From NCBI GenBank assembly GCA_050261575.1, contig JBLNDL010000031.1, positions 1 to 62,392 on the forward strand: DNA of 62,392 nt. Reading direction: 5' to 3'. Made by a program: the position numbers and the translations under genes. The notes beneath the pieces were generated by a model. It did not search any database and was not told where the DNA came from. It saw only the letters and a program-made list of their open reading frames with translations. The first letter of the stretch is position 1, and each line of letters opens with the position of its first letter. This DNA comes from Sphingomonadaceae bacterium (GTDB taxonomy: Bacteria; Chloroflexota; UBA6077). Positions 49,883 through 59,823 of the stretch are shown in pieces.

Positions 49883-52759
49883 ATGAACGAGGACCGTCAG
49901 GCAATCTGGGGGCAGTTCTCCGCCCCGAATCTGGCCTATCTGGCCGAGCTGTACGAGCGGTATCGGAGCGATCCCGCTTCCGGCGGCCCCGAGATTCGAG
50001 GCTTCTTCGATCGCTGGGGTGAGCCTCCCACAACCTACCCCGCAGCCCCGACCCCTCAACCGGAGGCCGCTCTTCCCCCAGCGGCGGACCTGGTGTGTGG
50101 AGCGAAGGCCCTGGCCACGGCGATAAGGATGTACGGCCACCACGCCGCACGGTTGGATCCCCTCGGCAGCGAGCCCCCGGGCGACAGGGCGCTGCTTCCG
50201 GAGAGCCACGGCCTTCGGGAGGAGGATCTGTCCGCGCTTCCGGCATCGGTGATCGAGGGACCGGTCGCAGTGGGGGCGGCCAGCGCGCTGGAGGCCAACC
50301 AGAGGCTTCGCGGGATCTACCAGGGTGCCATGGGGCTGGAGTTCGAGCACATCTCCAACGCCGAGGAACGGGAGTGGTGGATGGAGGCGGTGGAGTCCGG
50401 CCGCTACCGGCCGCCACAGGATCCTATCGACGGGCGGAGTCTGCTGGAGCGTCTGAGCCAGGTAGAGGGGTTCGAGCTTTTTCTCCAGAGTGCCTATCCC
50501 ACCCAGACCCGCTTCTCGCTGGAGGGTCTGGACATGTTGGTGCCCATGCTGGATGAGCTGGTCAGCGATGCCGCGGCCGCGGGGACGAAGTCGATGATGC
50601 TCGGCATGGCCCATCGGGGGAGGCTGAACGTGCTGGCGCACGTCCTCGGCAGACCCTACGAGCAGATCCTGGCCGAGTTTCAGGGGGCCTACCAGCGACC
50701 CAACATCTCGGACACCGATAGCAGCGACGTGGGCTGGACGGGGGACGTCAAGTACCATCTGGGCGGCGGAAGGGCAGTGCCGGGCGGGCGGGAAGGGGAG
50801 ATGGTGGTCTCCATGGTTCCGAACCCCAGCCACCTGGAGTTCGTCGACCCCGTCGTGGAGGGGATGACGAGGGCGGCCAGCGAGTATCGGAACGAGCGGG
50901 GGCCCGCCAGGTTGGACGAGGAGATCTCCCTGGCCGTGCTCCTCCACGGAGACGCGGCCTTCGTGGGAGAGGGGGTGGTAGCCGAAACCTTGAACCTGTC
51001 CCGCTTGCCTGGATACCGGTCGGGCGGCACTCTCCACATCATCGAGAACAACCAGGTGGGGTTCACCACCCTGCCCGGGCTAGGCCGATCGACCCTGTTT
51101 GCCAGCGATCTCGCCAAGGGGTTCGAGATACCCATCGTCCACGTCAATGCCGACGACCCCGAGGCGTGCATCGTGGCCCTCCGGCTTGCCCACGCCTACC
51201 TCGTGCGGTTTCGCAAAGATGCGGTTGTGGACCTCATCGGCTATCGCCGGCGCGGTCACAACGAGGGGGACGATCCCACCTTCACCCAACCGGTGATGTA
51301 CCGGAAGATAGCGGGGCACCCGACGGTACGGGAACTGTGGGCGCGGGAGATGGCGCGGCGTGGCGTGGTGCCTGAGGAGGAGGCCCAGCGGATGCTTCGG
51401 GAGGTGATGGAGCGGCTTCAGGCGATTCGCCGTTCCCTGCCGAGGGAGGTTGCCCCCGGCGGAGAGGAGAGGTTTCCGGCCGGGCTGGAGGCGGGAGGCA
51501 CCACCGGCGGGCTGGGACACCCGGGCGTCGCCAAGGAGATCGCGACCGCCGTGCAAGCCGACGAACTGCGCCGACTGAACGAGGAGTTGCTGGCCCTGCC
51601 CGAGGGCTTCCACCTGCATCCGAAGCTGCAGCCCATCCGCTCCCGCCGTAGGGCGGCCTTGACTCCGGAGGAGGGGGGAGAGAGGAGCCGCATCGACTGG
51701 GCCCACGCCGAGTCGCTCGCCTTCGCCTCCATCCTGGCGGAGGGGACACCGATCCGGCTGACCGGCCAGGACACCGCCCGAGGCACCTTCAGCCAGCGAC
51801 ACGCGGTGCTGCACGACGTGGAGACGGGGGCCACCTACGTACCGCTGCAGCGACTTCCGTCGGCGCGGGCCGCCTGCGGCATCTGGGACAGCCCCCTGTC
51901 CGAGACCGCCACCATGGGGTTCGAGTACGGGTACAGCCTCCAGGCGCCGGAGGCGTTGGTGCTGTGGGAGGCCCAGTACGGGGACTTCGTCGATGCGGCC
52001 CAGACGGTCGTGGACGCCTTCGTCGTCTCCGCGCGGTCCAAGTGGGGGGTGTCGAACTCTCTAGTGCTGCTGCTACCCCACGGGTACGAGGGGCAGGGGC
52101 CGGAACATTCCAGCGCCCGCCTCGAGCGTTTCCTCCAGATGGCCGCAGAGGACAACATGAGGATAGCCAACTGCACCACCGCCGCCCAGTACTTCCACAT
52201 CCTGAGGCGACAGGCGAAGCTGCTGGCGCTGGACCCACGTCCACTGGTGCTGATGACTCCCAAGAGCCTGCTCCGCCACCCTCTGGCCGCGTCTGCCCTG
52301 GAGGAGCTATCGCAGGGGCGGTTCCAGCCGGTCATAGACGATGCTCGGGCTCGGGAGAACCCCGATGCGGTGCGTAGGCTCGTCCTGTGCAGTGGCAAGG
52401 TGTACGTGGACCTGGTGACGGCGCGGATCGAGACCGCTGGGGGCCAGGGTCCAACCCAGACGGCGATCGTGAGGGTGGAGGAGCTTTACCCCTTCCCTGC
52501 GGAGGAGATCCGGAGGATCGTGGAGGGCTATCCGGGGCTGCACGAGGTGGCCTGGGTGCAGGAGGAGCCGCGCAACATGGGGGCGTGGACCTACGTTGCG
52601 CCCCGGCTGCGAGACCTGCTGCAGGATCGCTGGCCGCTCCTGTACGTCGGGAGGACGCGGCGAGCGAGCCCCGCGGAGGGCGCCCACGAATGGCACGTGC
52701 GCGAGCAGAGGCGGGTGGTGCAGGACGCCCTTCTTCGCGAGGCCCCGTCGATCGGGTGA
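49883..52759 (+). CDS. sucA: 2-oxoglutarate dehydrogenase E1
   Basis: RFSLEG, GMAHRGRLN, GDVKYHLG, HGDAAF, WEAQYGDF, PEHSSARLER. Confidence 0.96.
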   Translation: MNEDRQAIWGQFSAPNLAYLAELYERYRSDPASGGPEIRGFFDRWGEPPTTYPAAPTPQPEAALPPAADLVCGAKALATAIRMYGHHAARLDPLGSEPPGDRALLPESHGLREEDLSALPASVIEGPVAVGAASALEANQRLRGIYQGAMGLEFEHISNAEEREWWMEAVESGRYRPPQDPIDGRSLLERLSQVEGFELFLQSAYPTQTRFSLEGLDMLVPMLDELVSDAAAAGTKSMMLGMAHRGRLNVLAHVLGRPYEQILAEFQGAYQRPNISDTDSSDVGWTGDVKYHLGGGRAVPGGREGEMVVSMVPNPSHLEFVDPVVEGMTRAASEYRNERGPARLDEEISLAVLLHGDAAFVGEGVVAETLNLSRLPGYRSGGTLHIIENNQVGFTTLPGLGRSTLFASDLAKGFEIPIVHVNADDPEACIVALRLAHAYLVRFRKDAVVDLIGYRRRGHNEGDDPTFTQPVMYRKIAGHPTVRELWAREMARRGVVPEEEAQRMLREVMERLQAIRRSLPREVAPGGEERFPAGLEAGGTTGGLGHPGVAKEIATAVQADELRRLNEELLALPEGFHLHPKLQPIRSRRRAALTPEEGGERSRIDWAHAESLAFASILAEGTPIRLTGQDTARGTFSQRHAVLHDVETGATYVPLQRLPSARAACGIWDSPLSETATMGFEYGYSLQAPEALVLWEAQYGDFVDAAQTVVDAFVVSARSKWGVSNSLVLLLPHGYEGQGPEHSSARLERFLQMAAEDNMRIANCTTAAQYFHILRRQAKLLALDPRPLVLMTPKSLLRHPLAASALEELSQGRFQPVIDDARARENPDAVRRLVLCSGKVYVDLVTARIETAGGQGPTQTAIVRVEELYPFPAEEIRRIVEGYPGLHEVAWVQEEPRNMGAWTYVAPRLRDLLQDRWPLLYVGRTRRASPAEGAHEWHVREQRRVVQDALLREAPSIG

Positions 52760-52831
52760 GACGGGCCCTGGGTGCTGATGCTGAGCGATACTGTCTCAGT
52801 CCTCAGTCGTGATGTCTGACAGAGGTGAGCT

Positions 52832-54187
52832 ATGGCGGGAGAGATCGTCGTTCCCCCGCTGGGGGAATCGGTGCTGGAGGCCACCGTGGGCCGCTGGCTG
52901 AAGGGGGAAGGCGAGGCAGTGGCCGCGGGGGAGCCGGTGGTGGAGTTGGAGACCGAGAAGGTGAGCGTCCAGGTTTCCGCAGAGGAAGGGGGCGTGCTCT
53001 CCCGGATCCTTCATCCCCAGGGCGACACGGTGCGACCCGGCGACGTGCTGGGAGTGGTGGAGGTCGGGGCGGAGGCGGCTCGCCCTGCTCCCGAGGCGGC
53101 CCCGCCGGCACCCGCTCCTCAAGAAGTGGCTCGACCTGCGGCTGCTGCGCCGCCAGGGGTTGCCGCCGGGGCGGCGCGGGAGGCTGTGGCTCCCCAGGTC
53201 CAACCCGCACCGAGTGCGGAGAGGGCGCCGGTCTCTCCGGTGGCCCAGCGGATGGCGGAGGAGTTGGGGCTGGACTTGAGTCGGGTGCGGGGGACGGGGC
53301 CCGGCGGGCGGATCATGAAGGAAGACGTGGAGCGGTACGTTCGCCAGATGGCGGCCCAGGTCGCTCCCGAGCGGCCCGCGGCCGCGCCGCCGCCTCCTCC
53401 TCCGGCGCCCACTCCCGCGGCTCCTGCGCCCGCTCCCGCTGCGCCACCCCCTCCCCAGGCTCCCCCCGTCGCGCCCGCGCCGCCGGGGAGGCCCGAGGTG
53501 CGGCAGCGGCTATCCCGACGCCGGGCTACCATCGCCAGGCGGCTGGTGGAGGCGCAGCGGACCGCGGCGATGCTGAGCACCTTTAACGAGATCGATATGA
53601 GCGCCGTGATGGATCTGAGGCGGCGGAGACGAGAGTCCTTCCGCCAAAGCACCGGTGTGGATCTTGGCCTGATGCCCTTCTTCGTAAAGGCGGTGGTGGG
53701 GGCACTGAAGAGCTACCCTCAAGTGAACTCCGAGCTGCAGGGCGAGGAGCTGGTGCTCAAGCAGTACTACGACATCGGCATCGCCATCGCGGATCCGGAG
53801 GGGCTGGTGGTGCCGGTTGTGCGGGACGCAGATCGGCTCACCTTCGCCCAGATCGAGGAGACGATCAACGGCTTCGTCCAGAAGGTGAGGGACCGCTCCC
53901 TTTCCATCGAGGAGCTTCGCGGGGGCACCTTCACCATCACCAACGGTGGCGTCTTCGGGTCGCTGCTCTCCACTCCGATCCTCAATCCGCCCCAGGTGGG
54001 GATCCTGGGCATGCACAAGATCGAGGAGCGGCCGGTGGCCGTGAAGGGGGAGGTTGCCATCCGTCCCATGATGTACGTGGCGCTGAGCTACGACCACCGG
54101 GTGGTGGATGGTCGGGAAGCGGTGCTGTTCCTAGTGAGGGTGAAGGAGCTGATCGAGGACCCGGAGCGGCTGCTGCTGGAGGGCTGA
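52832..54187 (+). CDS. sucB: Dihydrolipoamide succinyltransferase E2
   Basis: Lipoyl domain [33 protein letters not shown]. Confidence 0.95.
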   Translation: MAGEIVVPPLGESVLEATVGRWLKGEGEAVAAGEPVVELETEKVSVQVSAEEGGVLSRILHPQGDTVRPGDVLGVVEVGAEAARPAPEAAPPAPAPQEVARPAAAAPPGVAAGAAREAVAPQVQPAPSAERAPVSPVAQRMAEELGLDLSRVRGTGPGGRIMKEDVERYVRQMAAQVAPERPAAAPPPPPPAPTPAAPAPAPAAPPPPQAPPVAPAPPGRPEVRQRLSRRRATIARRLVEAQRTAAMLSTFNEIDMSAVMDLRRRRRESFRQSTGVDLGLMPFFVKAVVGALKSYPQVNSELQGEELVLKQYYDIGIAIADPEGLVVPVVRDADRLTFAQIEETINGFVQKVRDRSLSIEELRGGTFTITNGGVFGSLLSTPILNPPQVGILGMHKIEERPVAVKGEVAIRPMMYVALSYDHRVVDGREAVLFLVRVKELIEDPERLLLEG

Positions 54188-54484
54188 CGGACTGGGACTC
54201 GTGGCGACTCCGGGGTCGAGGAGTCGATCATGCACCGGGCGAAACCGGAGATCCATTCCTCGCGGCGCATGCCGGTTGGGGAGGAGGGCACTCATCTTGC
54301 CACCTTTGGCAGCCTGGCCTCCCTGTCGGCCCCGTGTTGGTCGACAGGGCTACCTAGTGCCGAGGCGTGGCACGAGGGCCGGTCCGAGGATGGACAGTCA
54401 GTGAGGGGTAAGGGAGGAGCTCCAGGTTTGCATCCCCGAAGCACCTTTGACGGCGAAACACACTCCGGGCGCCGGGTGGCTTAG

Positions 54485-54997
54485 ATGCGCGAGCTTCTCG
54501 GGCTGAACCGGATGGTCCCCCTGGCCTTCCTCGTGCCACTTCGGCTCTTTCTTGGGGCCTCCTTCGTCTTCACGTCACTGTCCAAGATCAGGGAGGGCTG
54601 GCTGAGTCGTCCCGTTGTCGTTACACAGCCGACGGCCAGGACGGCGCTGGCCTCCATACTCGACCAGTTCGCCCACGTCAATCCCTATCCGCCGTACAAA
54701 CGGTTCCTGCTGCAGGTGGTTATCCCCAAGGCTGAGGCATTCCGGTACCTGATCGTCTTGGGGGAGCTGGCCATCGGTCTGTCACTCTTCACGGGAACCC
54801 TGGCACGGGTCGGGGCCTTCTTCGGCATCGTCGCAAACACCAACTACCTTCTCATGAAGGGGCTGGACCCGAACAAGGGGCTCGTGGACCTGGCTTTCAT
54901 CACCGGAGAGTCCATCACCCTGCTGGCGGACTCGGGCCGCACGTTGGGCGTAGATGCCCTGCTGCGCCACAAGTGGCCCAGGTTCCCGTTGCGGTAG
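54485..54997 (+). CDS. DoxX/DoxD family membrane protein
   Basis: LRLFLG, GELAIGLSL, GRTLGVDALL. Confidence 0.8.
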   Translation: MRELLGLNRMVPLAFLVPLRLFLGASFVFTSLSKIREGWLSRPVVVTQPTARTALASILDQFAHVNPYPPYKRFLLQVVIPKAEAFRYLIVLGELAIGLSLFTGTLARVGAFFGIVANTNYLLMKGLDPNKGLVDLAFITGESITLLADSGRTLGVDALLRHKWPRFPLR

Positions 54998-55004
54998 GCC
55001 GCGC

Positions 55005-57533
55005 ATGCCTCGAGTTGGAGCGAGTGCAGATCACGAATACTCGCCGGTCAGCACCGCCATCGGCCTCTCGGACCTCCCCACCTACGTGGTTCCGGGTGAG
55101 GATTTGGCCCATGGGTCCAGCCTTGGCAACGCCGGTTGTTGGCTCACGACCAAGTCAACGGGTGCCATCGAGTCCGTGTTCTGCATGGAGACAGGGCGGG
55201 ACGTGTTCGGGGCCTGCCTTCTCAGCTATTCGGAAACCGGACCTCGACTGATCGGGCCACAGCGAGGATCGATCCAGGACGGGAGTCGGTCGCGTATCCG
55301 TGAGCAGAGCTACGTCGAGTTGACTCCGGATTCGTCGGGCAGCTTCGAGATCAATCCCGTGTATCAGAAGCGAACCTTTACGCTGCCTGGCGGGCTGGAA
55401 GTGGAAGAGACGGTGTTTCTGCCAATGGTGGGGCCGGGCTCCGCCACTCCGACGGTGTGCGTTGGTGTCCACCTCCGGAACCGATCAGGGGAGGCTCGCA
55501 AGCTGCGGGTCTACGCATTTGCCGAACTCCTCGGGGAGGAAGCGAAGCCGGACGTGAGATACGACCCCGCCTTGAATGGCCTGGTGGTCCGCAACGGTGA
55601 CCGGCCCGGCTGGGCCAGGTTGGTGACGTTCGATCGCGCTCCCACCGCCTACGAGTCCGTCACGGATCGCAACCTGGTGTACGACCCGTACGAGAAGCGA
55701 CCGCTGAGCAATCGAACCGAGGCGTCAGGCGACGTGATCGCCGCGCTGCAACTGGACCTGGATCTGCCTGCCCACGGAACCGACAGCTTTGGATGGCTGC
55801 TCTGCTTTTCGAATCAGGGAGTGGATCGGGCGAGCGAGGTGCTTCACAACGTCGTGGATTGGGAGACCGTGCTGCACCAGTCCACGGACTGGTGCTCGGA
55901 GGCACTCTCCCTTTCGAGAGTGATGGCGCCGGACAGGGAGATCGGGGAGGGCGTTCTCTGGGCCAAGGCCAACATGCTTCGGGTGATGGCGCGCTACCCT
56001 ACGGGAGCAGGCTTCACCAACGACCCTGGCCGCTCGTCCAACGTGGTCGTGAGAGATGTGGCCTGGTTCGTCTACGGCTGCGACTATCTGATGCCCGAGT
56101 ACTCGGCGGAACTGCTGCGCACCGTGGCCAAGTACCAGCAGGAAAGCGGCAAGATAGTGGAGTACTGGAACGGCCGGACAGGCGAGACCGACGACTACGG
56201 CCTCAACATCAACGACGATACCCCGCTCTTCGTTCTGGCCGCCGGCCACCATTTCCTGACAACCCACGATATGGCCTTCGCGCGAGACATCTACCCAGCG
56301 GTCTCGAGGGCTGCCAGATACATGTTGGACCAGAGAGACGATCGCGGCCTGGTGTTCTGCGCCTCCACCGAAACGGGTGAGCGAGGGATCTGTGGCTGGA
56401 GAAACGTCATCCCCGGCTACGCCCTGAGCGGCGCCGTCACCGAGGTGAACTCGGAGTGCTACGCCGCTCTCAGGATCGCCGCCGAGATGGCCAGGGCCCT
56501 AGGCAACAGATCGGACTTCGCGTACTTCGTGGACGAGGCCGAGGACCTCCGAAGCGCCATCAACACCCACCTGCTCAATCGTGACAATGGGCTGTACTAC
56601 CTGAACGTCGATCCCCTGGGCGAAGCCCACTCCGACGTCACCAGCGACCAGCTCTTTCCGGTGATGTTCGGGGTGAGCGACCAGGAGACCTCCTTTCGAA
56701 TCATCAGTCGCCTGACGCGTCCGGACTTCTGGACCGCGGCGGGGCTCCGGACTGCCTCCAGCAACAGCCCGGAGTATGCCCCCGACCGGGAATGGGGGCT
56801 AAGGGGAGGGGTTTGGCCAGGGGTGTCCTTCTGGTACGCCTTCGCCTCGGCCCGGTACTATCCCGAGGCGATGGTGCGGGCGCTGGCCTCCTACCGCCAC
56901 TACAACGAGGACCCTCTTCGATACAACACGGTCCCCGGTCAGTTCTCGGAGTGGTTCGACGGGGAATCGCTGGCCAATCGGGGTATGCGCCTCTCACCTT
57001 GGGAGCCACCTCGCCTGCTTTGGGCGGCGATGGAGGGGTTGCTGGGTGTGGCGCACAGCGTCGGTGGATGCGCCGTGCAGCCTCTGGTGCCGGATCACTG
57101 GAAGTGGCTGGCAGTTCGCGACATGCCTCACGCCAGTGGACGAACGACGATGTTCTTGGCGCGGCAGGAGGGCCAATTGCACCTCTACGGCTCCGGCCCG
57201 GGGCTGAGCACCGATCTCCCCCACGAAGGCTACGAGCGGGACGTGTCTGGATCGGTGCGCGCCGCGGATCCGAACGCCCATCCGGTGGCGCTGCGCCGCC
57301 AAGATGAGCTGCTGGTATGCGTCGGCAGCTCCGCCGACGTGACAATCACGGTGCCCCTCGACCTGGGCGATCTTCTGCCGGAGGATCTCTGGTACTACCT
57401 GGAGATCTACGATAGCGAGCTTCAGGATTGGGTGAAGGGCATCATGCGGCCGGCCTCGGAATTGCGGCAGGTTGCGGCCGCCGTCGAGGCCAAGGGCTTC
57501 CGCCTTTTCCGGCTCGTGCCGATCCGCTTGTAG
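55005..57533 (+). CDS. Six-hairpin glycoside hydrolase (amylo-alpha-1,6-glucosidase-like)
   Basis: RDVAW, DDTPLF, VTEVNSECY, GLRTAS, GGVWP, GQFSEWF. Confidence 0.75.
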   Translation: MPRVGASADHEYSPVSTAIGLSDLPTYVVPGEDLAHGSSLGNAGCWLTTKSTGAIESVFCMETGRDVFGACLLSYSETGPRLIGPQRGSIQDGSRSRIREQSYVELTPDSSGSFEINPVYQKRTFTLPGGLEVEETVFLPMVGPGSATPTVCVGVHLRNRSGEARKLRVYAFAELLGEEAKPDVRYDPALNGLVVRNGDRPGWARLVTFDRAPTAYESVTDRNLVYDPYEKRPLSNRTEASGDVIAALQLDLDLPAHGTDSFGWLLCFSNQGVDRASEVLHNVVDWETVLHQSTDWCSEALSLSRVMAPDREIGEGVLWAKANMLRVMARYPTGAGFTNDPGRSSNVVVRDVAWFVYGCDYLMPEYSAELLRTVAKYQQESGKIVEYWNGRTGETDDYGLNINDDTPLFVLAAGHHFLTTHDMAFARDIYPAVSRAARYMLDQRDDRGLVFCASTETGERGICGWRNVIPGYALSGAVTEVNSECYAALRIAAEMARALGNRSDFAYFVDEAEDLRSAINTHLLNRDNGLYYLNVDPLGEAHSDVTSDQLFPVMFGVSDQETSFRIISRLTRPDFWTAAGLRTASSNSPEYAPDREWGLRGGVWPGVSFWYAFASARYYPEAMVRALASYRHYNEDPLRYNTVPGQFSEWFDGESLANRGMRLSPWEPPRLLWAAMEGLLGVAHSVGGCAVQPLVPDHWKWLAVRDMPHASGRTTMFLARQEGQLHLYGSGPGLSTDLPHEGYERDVSGSVRAADPNAHPVALRRQDELLVCVGSSADVTITVPLDLGDLLPEDLWYYLEIYDSELQDWVKGIMRPASELRQVAAAVEAKGFRLFRLVPIRL

Positions 57534-57558
57534 TGGTCCGGCCGGCCAGTGCTGGCTC

Positions 57559-58401
57559 CTATCGCCTCTCCGTGATCACCCGGCCCCAGAGGCTCTTGGT
57601 GCCCCAGATGCCGGAGCGCAGGCACTCCAGTTGAACGATCTGGCTGTGGTCGACGAAGAGATTCACGGTGGGGCCGTAGTTCTGAACGTACCAGGCGAAG
57701 ACCGCTGGATCAGAGGCCTCGAACATCACTGTCTCCAGCCCCAGGGCGTCGACGAACCTGCCGGGCACGTCGGTACGCCACACCTCCACGCTCTCGGTGA
57801 TCCCCTCGGACTCGATCATGATCATGTAAGCGCCGGCTTCCAGGTACCGTTTCGCCTGGTAGATCGCCCATTGCGGGTCCCGAGTCCCCGCAGCAGCCAG
57901 CTCCGCTGCCGCGGTAGCGCCACCGGCACCGAACTGGATCCCCACCTCCGGCTTGGCCTTGAGGCCCGCCCTCTGCACCTTCTCGATCAGGCGGAGGATA
58001 TCGTCGGTCGAGATGGTGATGAATCCGCTGGAGATCTCGACGATGTCGAAACCCAGATCCCGGCATTCGGCGATGTAGCGGTCCACCGCCTCGGTCCCCT
58101 GGGTGAGGACGTACTCGATGAAGCCGCCCGTAGAGACCATCACGTCGTGGGCGTGGCAGAGGTCGATGATCTCCTGCACCGCCCGGCGCGGCATGAGAGA
58201 GAAGGAGCCGCCGGCAAACTTCAGCGCATCCACGAACGTGCCCATGGTGTCCAGGACGTCGCTGAGGTACCGGGTGCCCATGGGGGTGTAGTAGGGCCCC
58301 CGTATCTCGGTGATCCCGTAGCTGCGCGGCTTCGGCGGGCGCTCGTTCGTCCGCAGGAAGGCAAAGGCCCGCTCGTTGGGGTTGCCCTGTGTGTCGGTCA
58401 C
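57559..58401 (-). CDS. comA: Phosphosulfolactate synthase family TIM-barrel protein (divergent, HSA32-like)
   Basis: KPRSYGITEIRGPYY, LKFAGGS, EISSGF, KPEVG, VNLFVDHSQIVQLECLRSG; GTG after GAGGAG. Confidence 0.85.
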   Translation of the reverse strand: MTDTQGNPNERAFAFLRTNERPPKPRSYGITEIRGPYYTPMGTRYLSDVLDTMGTFVDALKFAGGSFSLMPRRAVQEIIDLCHAHDVMVSTGGFIEYVLTQGTEAVDRYIAECRDLGFDIVEISSGFITISTDDILRLIEKVQRAGLKAKPEVGIQFGAGGATAAAELAAAGTRDPQWAIYQAKRYLEAGAYMIMIESEGITESVEVWRTDVPGRFVDALGLETVMFEASDPAVFAWYVQNYGPTVNLFVDHSQIVQLECLRSGIWGTKSLWGRVITERR

Positions 58402-58415
58402 GGTCGACTCCTCTC

Positions 58416-59819
58416 TCAAGCGGCTCGCCGCCCCACCTTGCCGGCCGGGGTGCGCACCCGGCGGAGCAGCCGCATCAGATCCGCTACGGGTGTACTCTCC
58501 AGATCGAGGACTGCCTGGACTATCGCGCTTCGGAGCGTATGGTCGGTGTAGGGCTGGCTCAGCTTCTCGAACTTCTGGACCACCGTCTCCCAGCTCATCG
58601 GCCGGGTATGGAACCCTTCGTAGTCCCTCTTCTCCCTGGACAGCGATCGGCCGTCCTTCAGGCGGATGGTGACCCGGCTGGGCATCTCGTCGGGGAAGCG
58701 CCGGCTGAACTCTTCGGAGGACCGGACAGACACCCTGCGCAGCAGGTCCTGCACTGCCGGACGCATGATCCGCTCTGGCAGGTATTGCTCCGGCATCACC
58801 TGGCCGTCCAGGATGGCGACGGCGACCATGTAGGGCAGGCTGTGGTCGGCCTCCTCCTTGGTCCGGATGGTGACCTTCTCCCCCTCCTCACCTCCCCCGA
58901 TGATGTTGTAGGCCACGTCGAAGGTCTCGACATCCACTCGGTCGACGTCGTCGCCCGAGAAGCCGTGCTCCGCCCGCAACTCCAGCACCGCCTCCAACGT
59001 GGACTGGGAGTGGATCTCGGCGTCGTACCGCTTGAGGATGGTGCGGTTTACCCGCTCCAGGTATTCCTTCGACCAGTCGATCTGGAAGCGACCGGCTATG
59101 GAGTCCATGAAGCCCTTGTTCCCTTCGAACACCTCCATGGGGCCGGTGATCCCCCGCATGGCCAGGAAGGTGGCGTGGGTGCAGTCGAAGGCGGTGTTGG
59201 GATATGCGAGTCCCTTCCAGTGTGAGAGGGCGCCGGTTCGGGTCACCCGCAGGGCGTTGTTGGCTGTGCCGCTGATGGCGATGGCGTTGGCCGTCTTCTC
59301 CTGGTCGAGCCCGAGAGCCTTGGATACCCCCGCTGCTACTGCGTAGGCGCCTTGGGTGGTGTGGTCGAACCCTTTGGCCCGGACGGGAGCAACGTCGCTG
59401 AGGCGGCACTGGACCTGGTAGGCCACGGCGAGCGCGACCATGAGGTCGCGGCCGCTCCGGCTGGCGTACTCCGCGCCCGCCAGCGCCGCCCCCAGGTTGT
59501 CGCTGGGGTGGCAGGTCTCGCCCTTGGCGAGGTAGGCGTCGTTGAAGTCCAGGTAGCGTACCAGCGCACCGTTGTAGAAGGCAGCGCGGTCGGGGGCGGT
59601 CTGGTCCGCGCCGATCATCGAGCAGCGGCTCGTGCCTCCGAAGTCCTGGATCTGCTCGCGGATCATCCCGATCGGCTCCCCCCCGACCGCCCCGATGGCG
59701 CAGCCCAGGGAGTCCAGGACCCGCACTCTGATCTGCAGGCGAGCCTCCTGAGTGAGGTCGGCGTACGAGGCGCGAACGACGAAGGCCGCCAGCTCTTGCA
59801 CCATGGTCGTGTTAGCCAT
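58416..59819 (-). CDS. prpD: MmgE/PrpD family protein (2-methylcitrate dehydratase-like)
   Basis: RYLDFND, HPSDN, LSHWKG, EEADHSLPY. Confidence 0.9.
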   Translation of the reverse strand: MANTTMVQELAAFVVRASYADLTQEARLQIRVRVLDSLGCAIGAVGGEPIGMIREQIQDFGGTSRCSMIGADQTAPDRAAFYNGALVRYLDFNDAYLAKGETCHPSDNLGAALAGAEYASRSGRDLMVALAVAYQVQCRLSDVAPVRAKGFDHTTQGAYAVAAGVSKALGLDQEKTANAIAISGTANNALRVTRTGALSHWKGLAYPNTAFDCTHATFLAMRGITGPMEVFEGNKGFMDSIAGRFQIDWSKEYLERVNRTILKRYDAEIHSQSTLEAVLELRAEHGFSGDDVDRVDVETFDVAYNIIGGGEEGEKVTIRTKEEADHSLPYMVAVAILDGQVMPEQYLPERIMRPAVQDLLRRVSVRSSEEFSRRFPDEMPSRVTIRLKDGRSLSREKRDYEGFHTRPMSWETVVQKFEKLSQPYTDHTLRSAIVQAVLDLESTPVADLMRLLRRVRTPAGKVGRRAA

Positions 59820-59823
59820 AGAG

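Noticed and set aside
53080..53490. Pro/Ala-rich repeats in sucB
   Set aside because: Normal flexible E2 linkers
57559..58401. Coenzyme M biosynthesis
   Set aside because: No other com genes in the window and the ComA motifs are divergent
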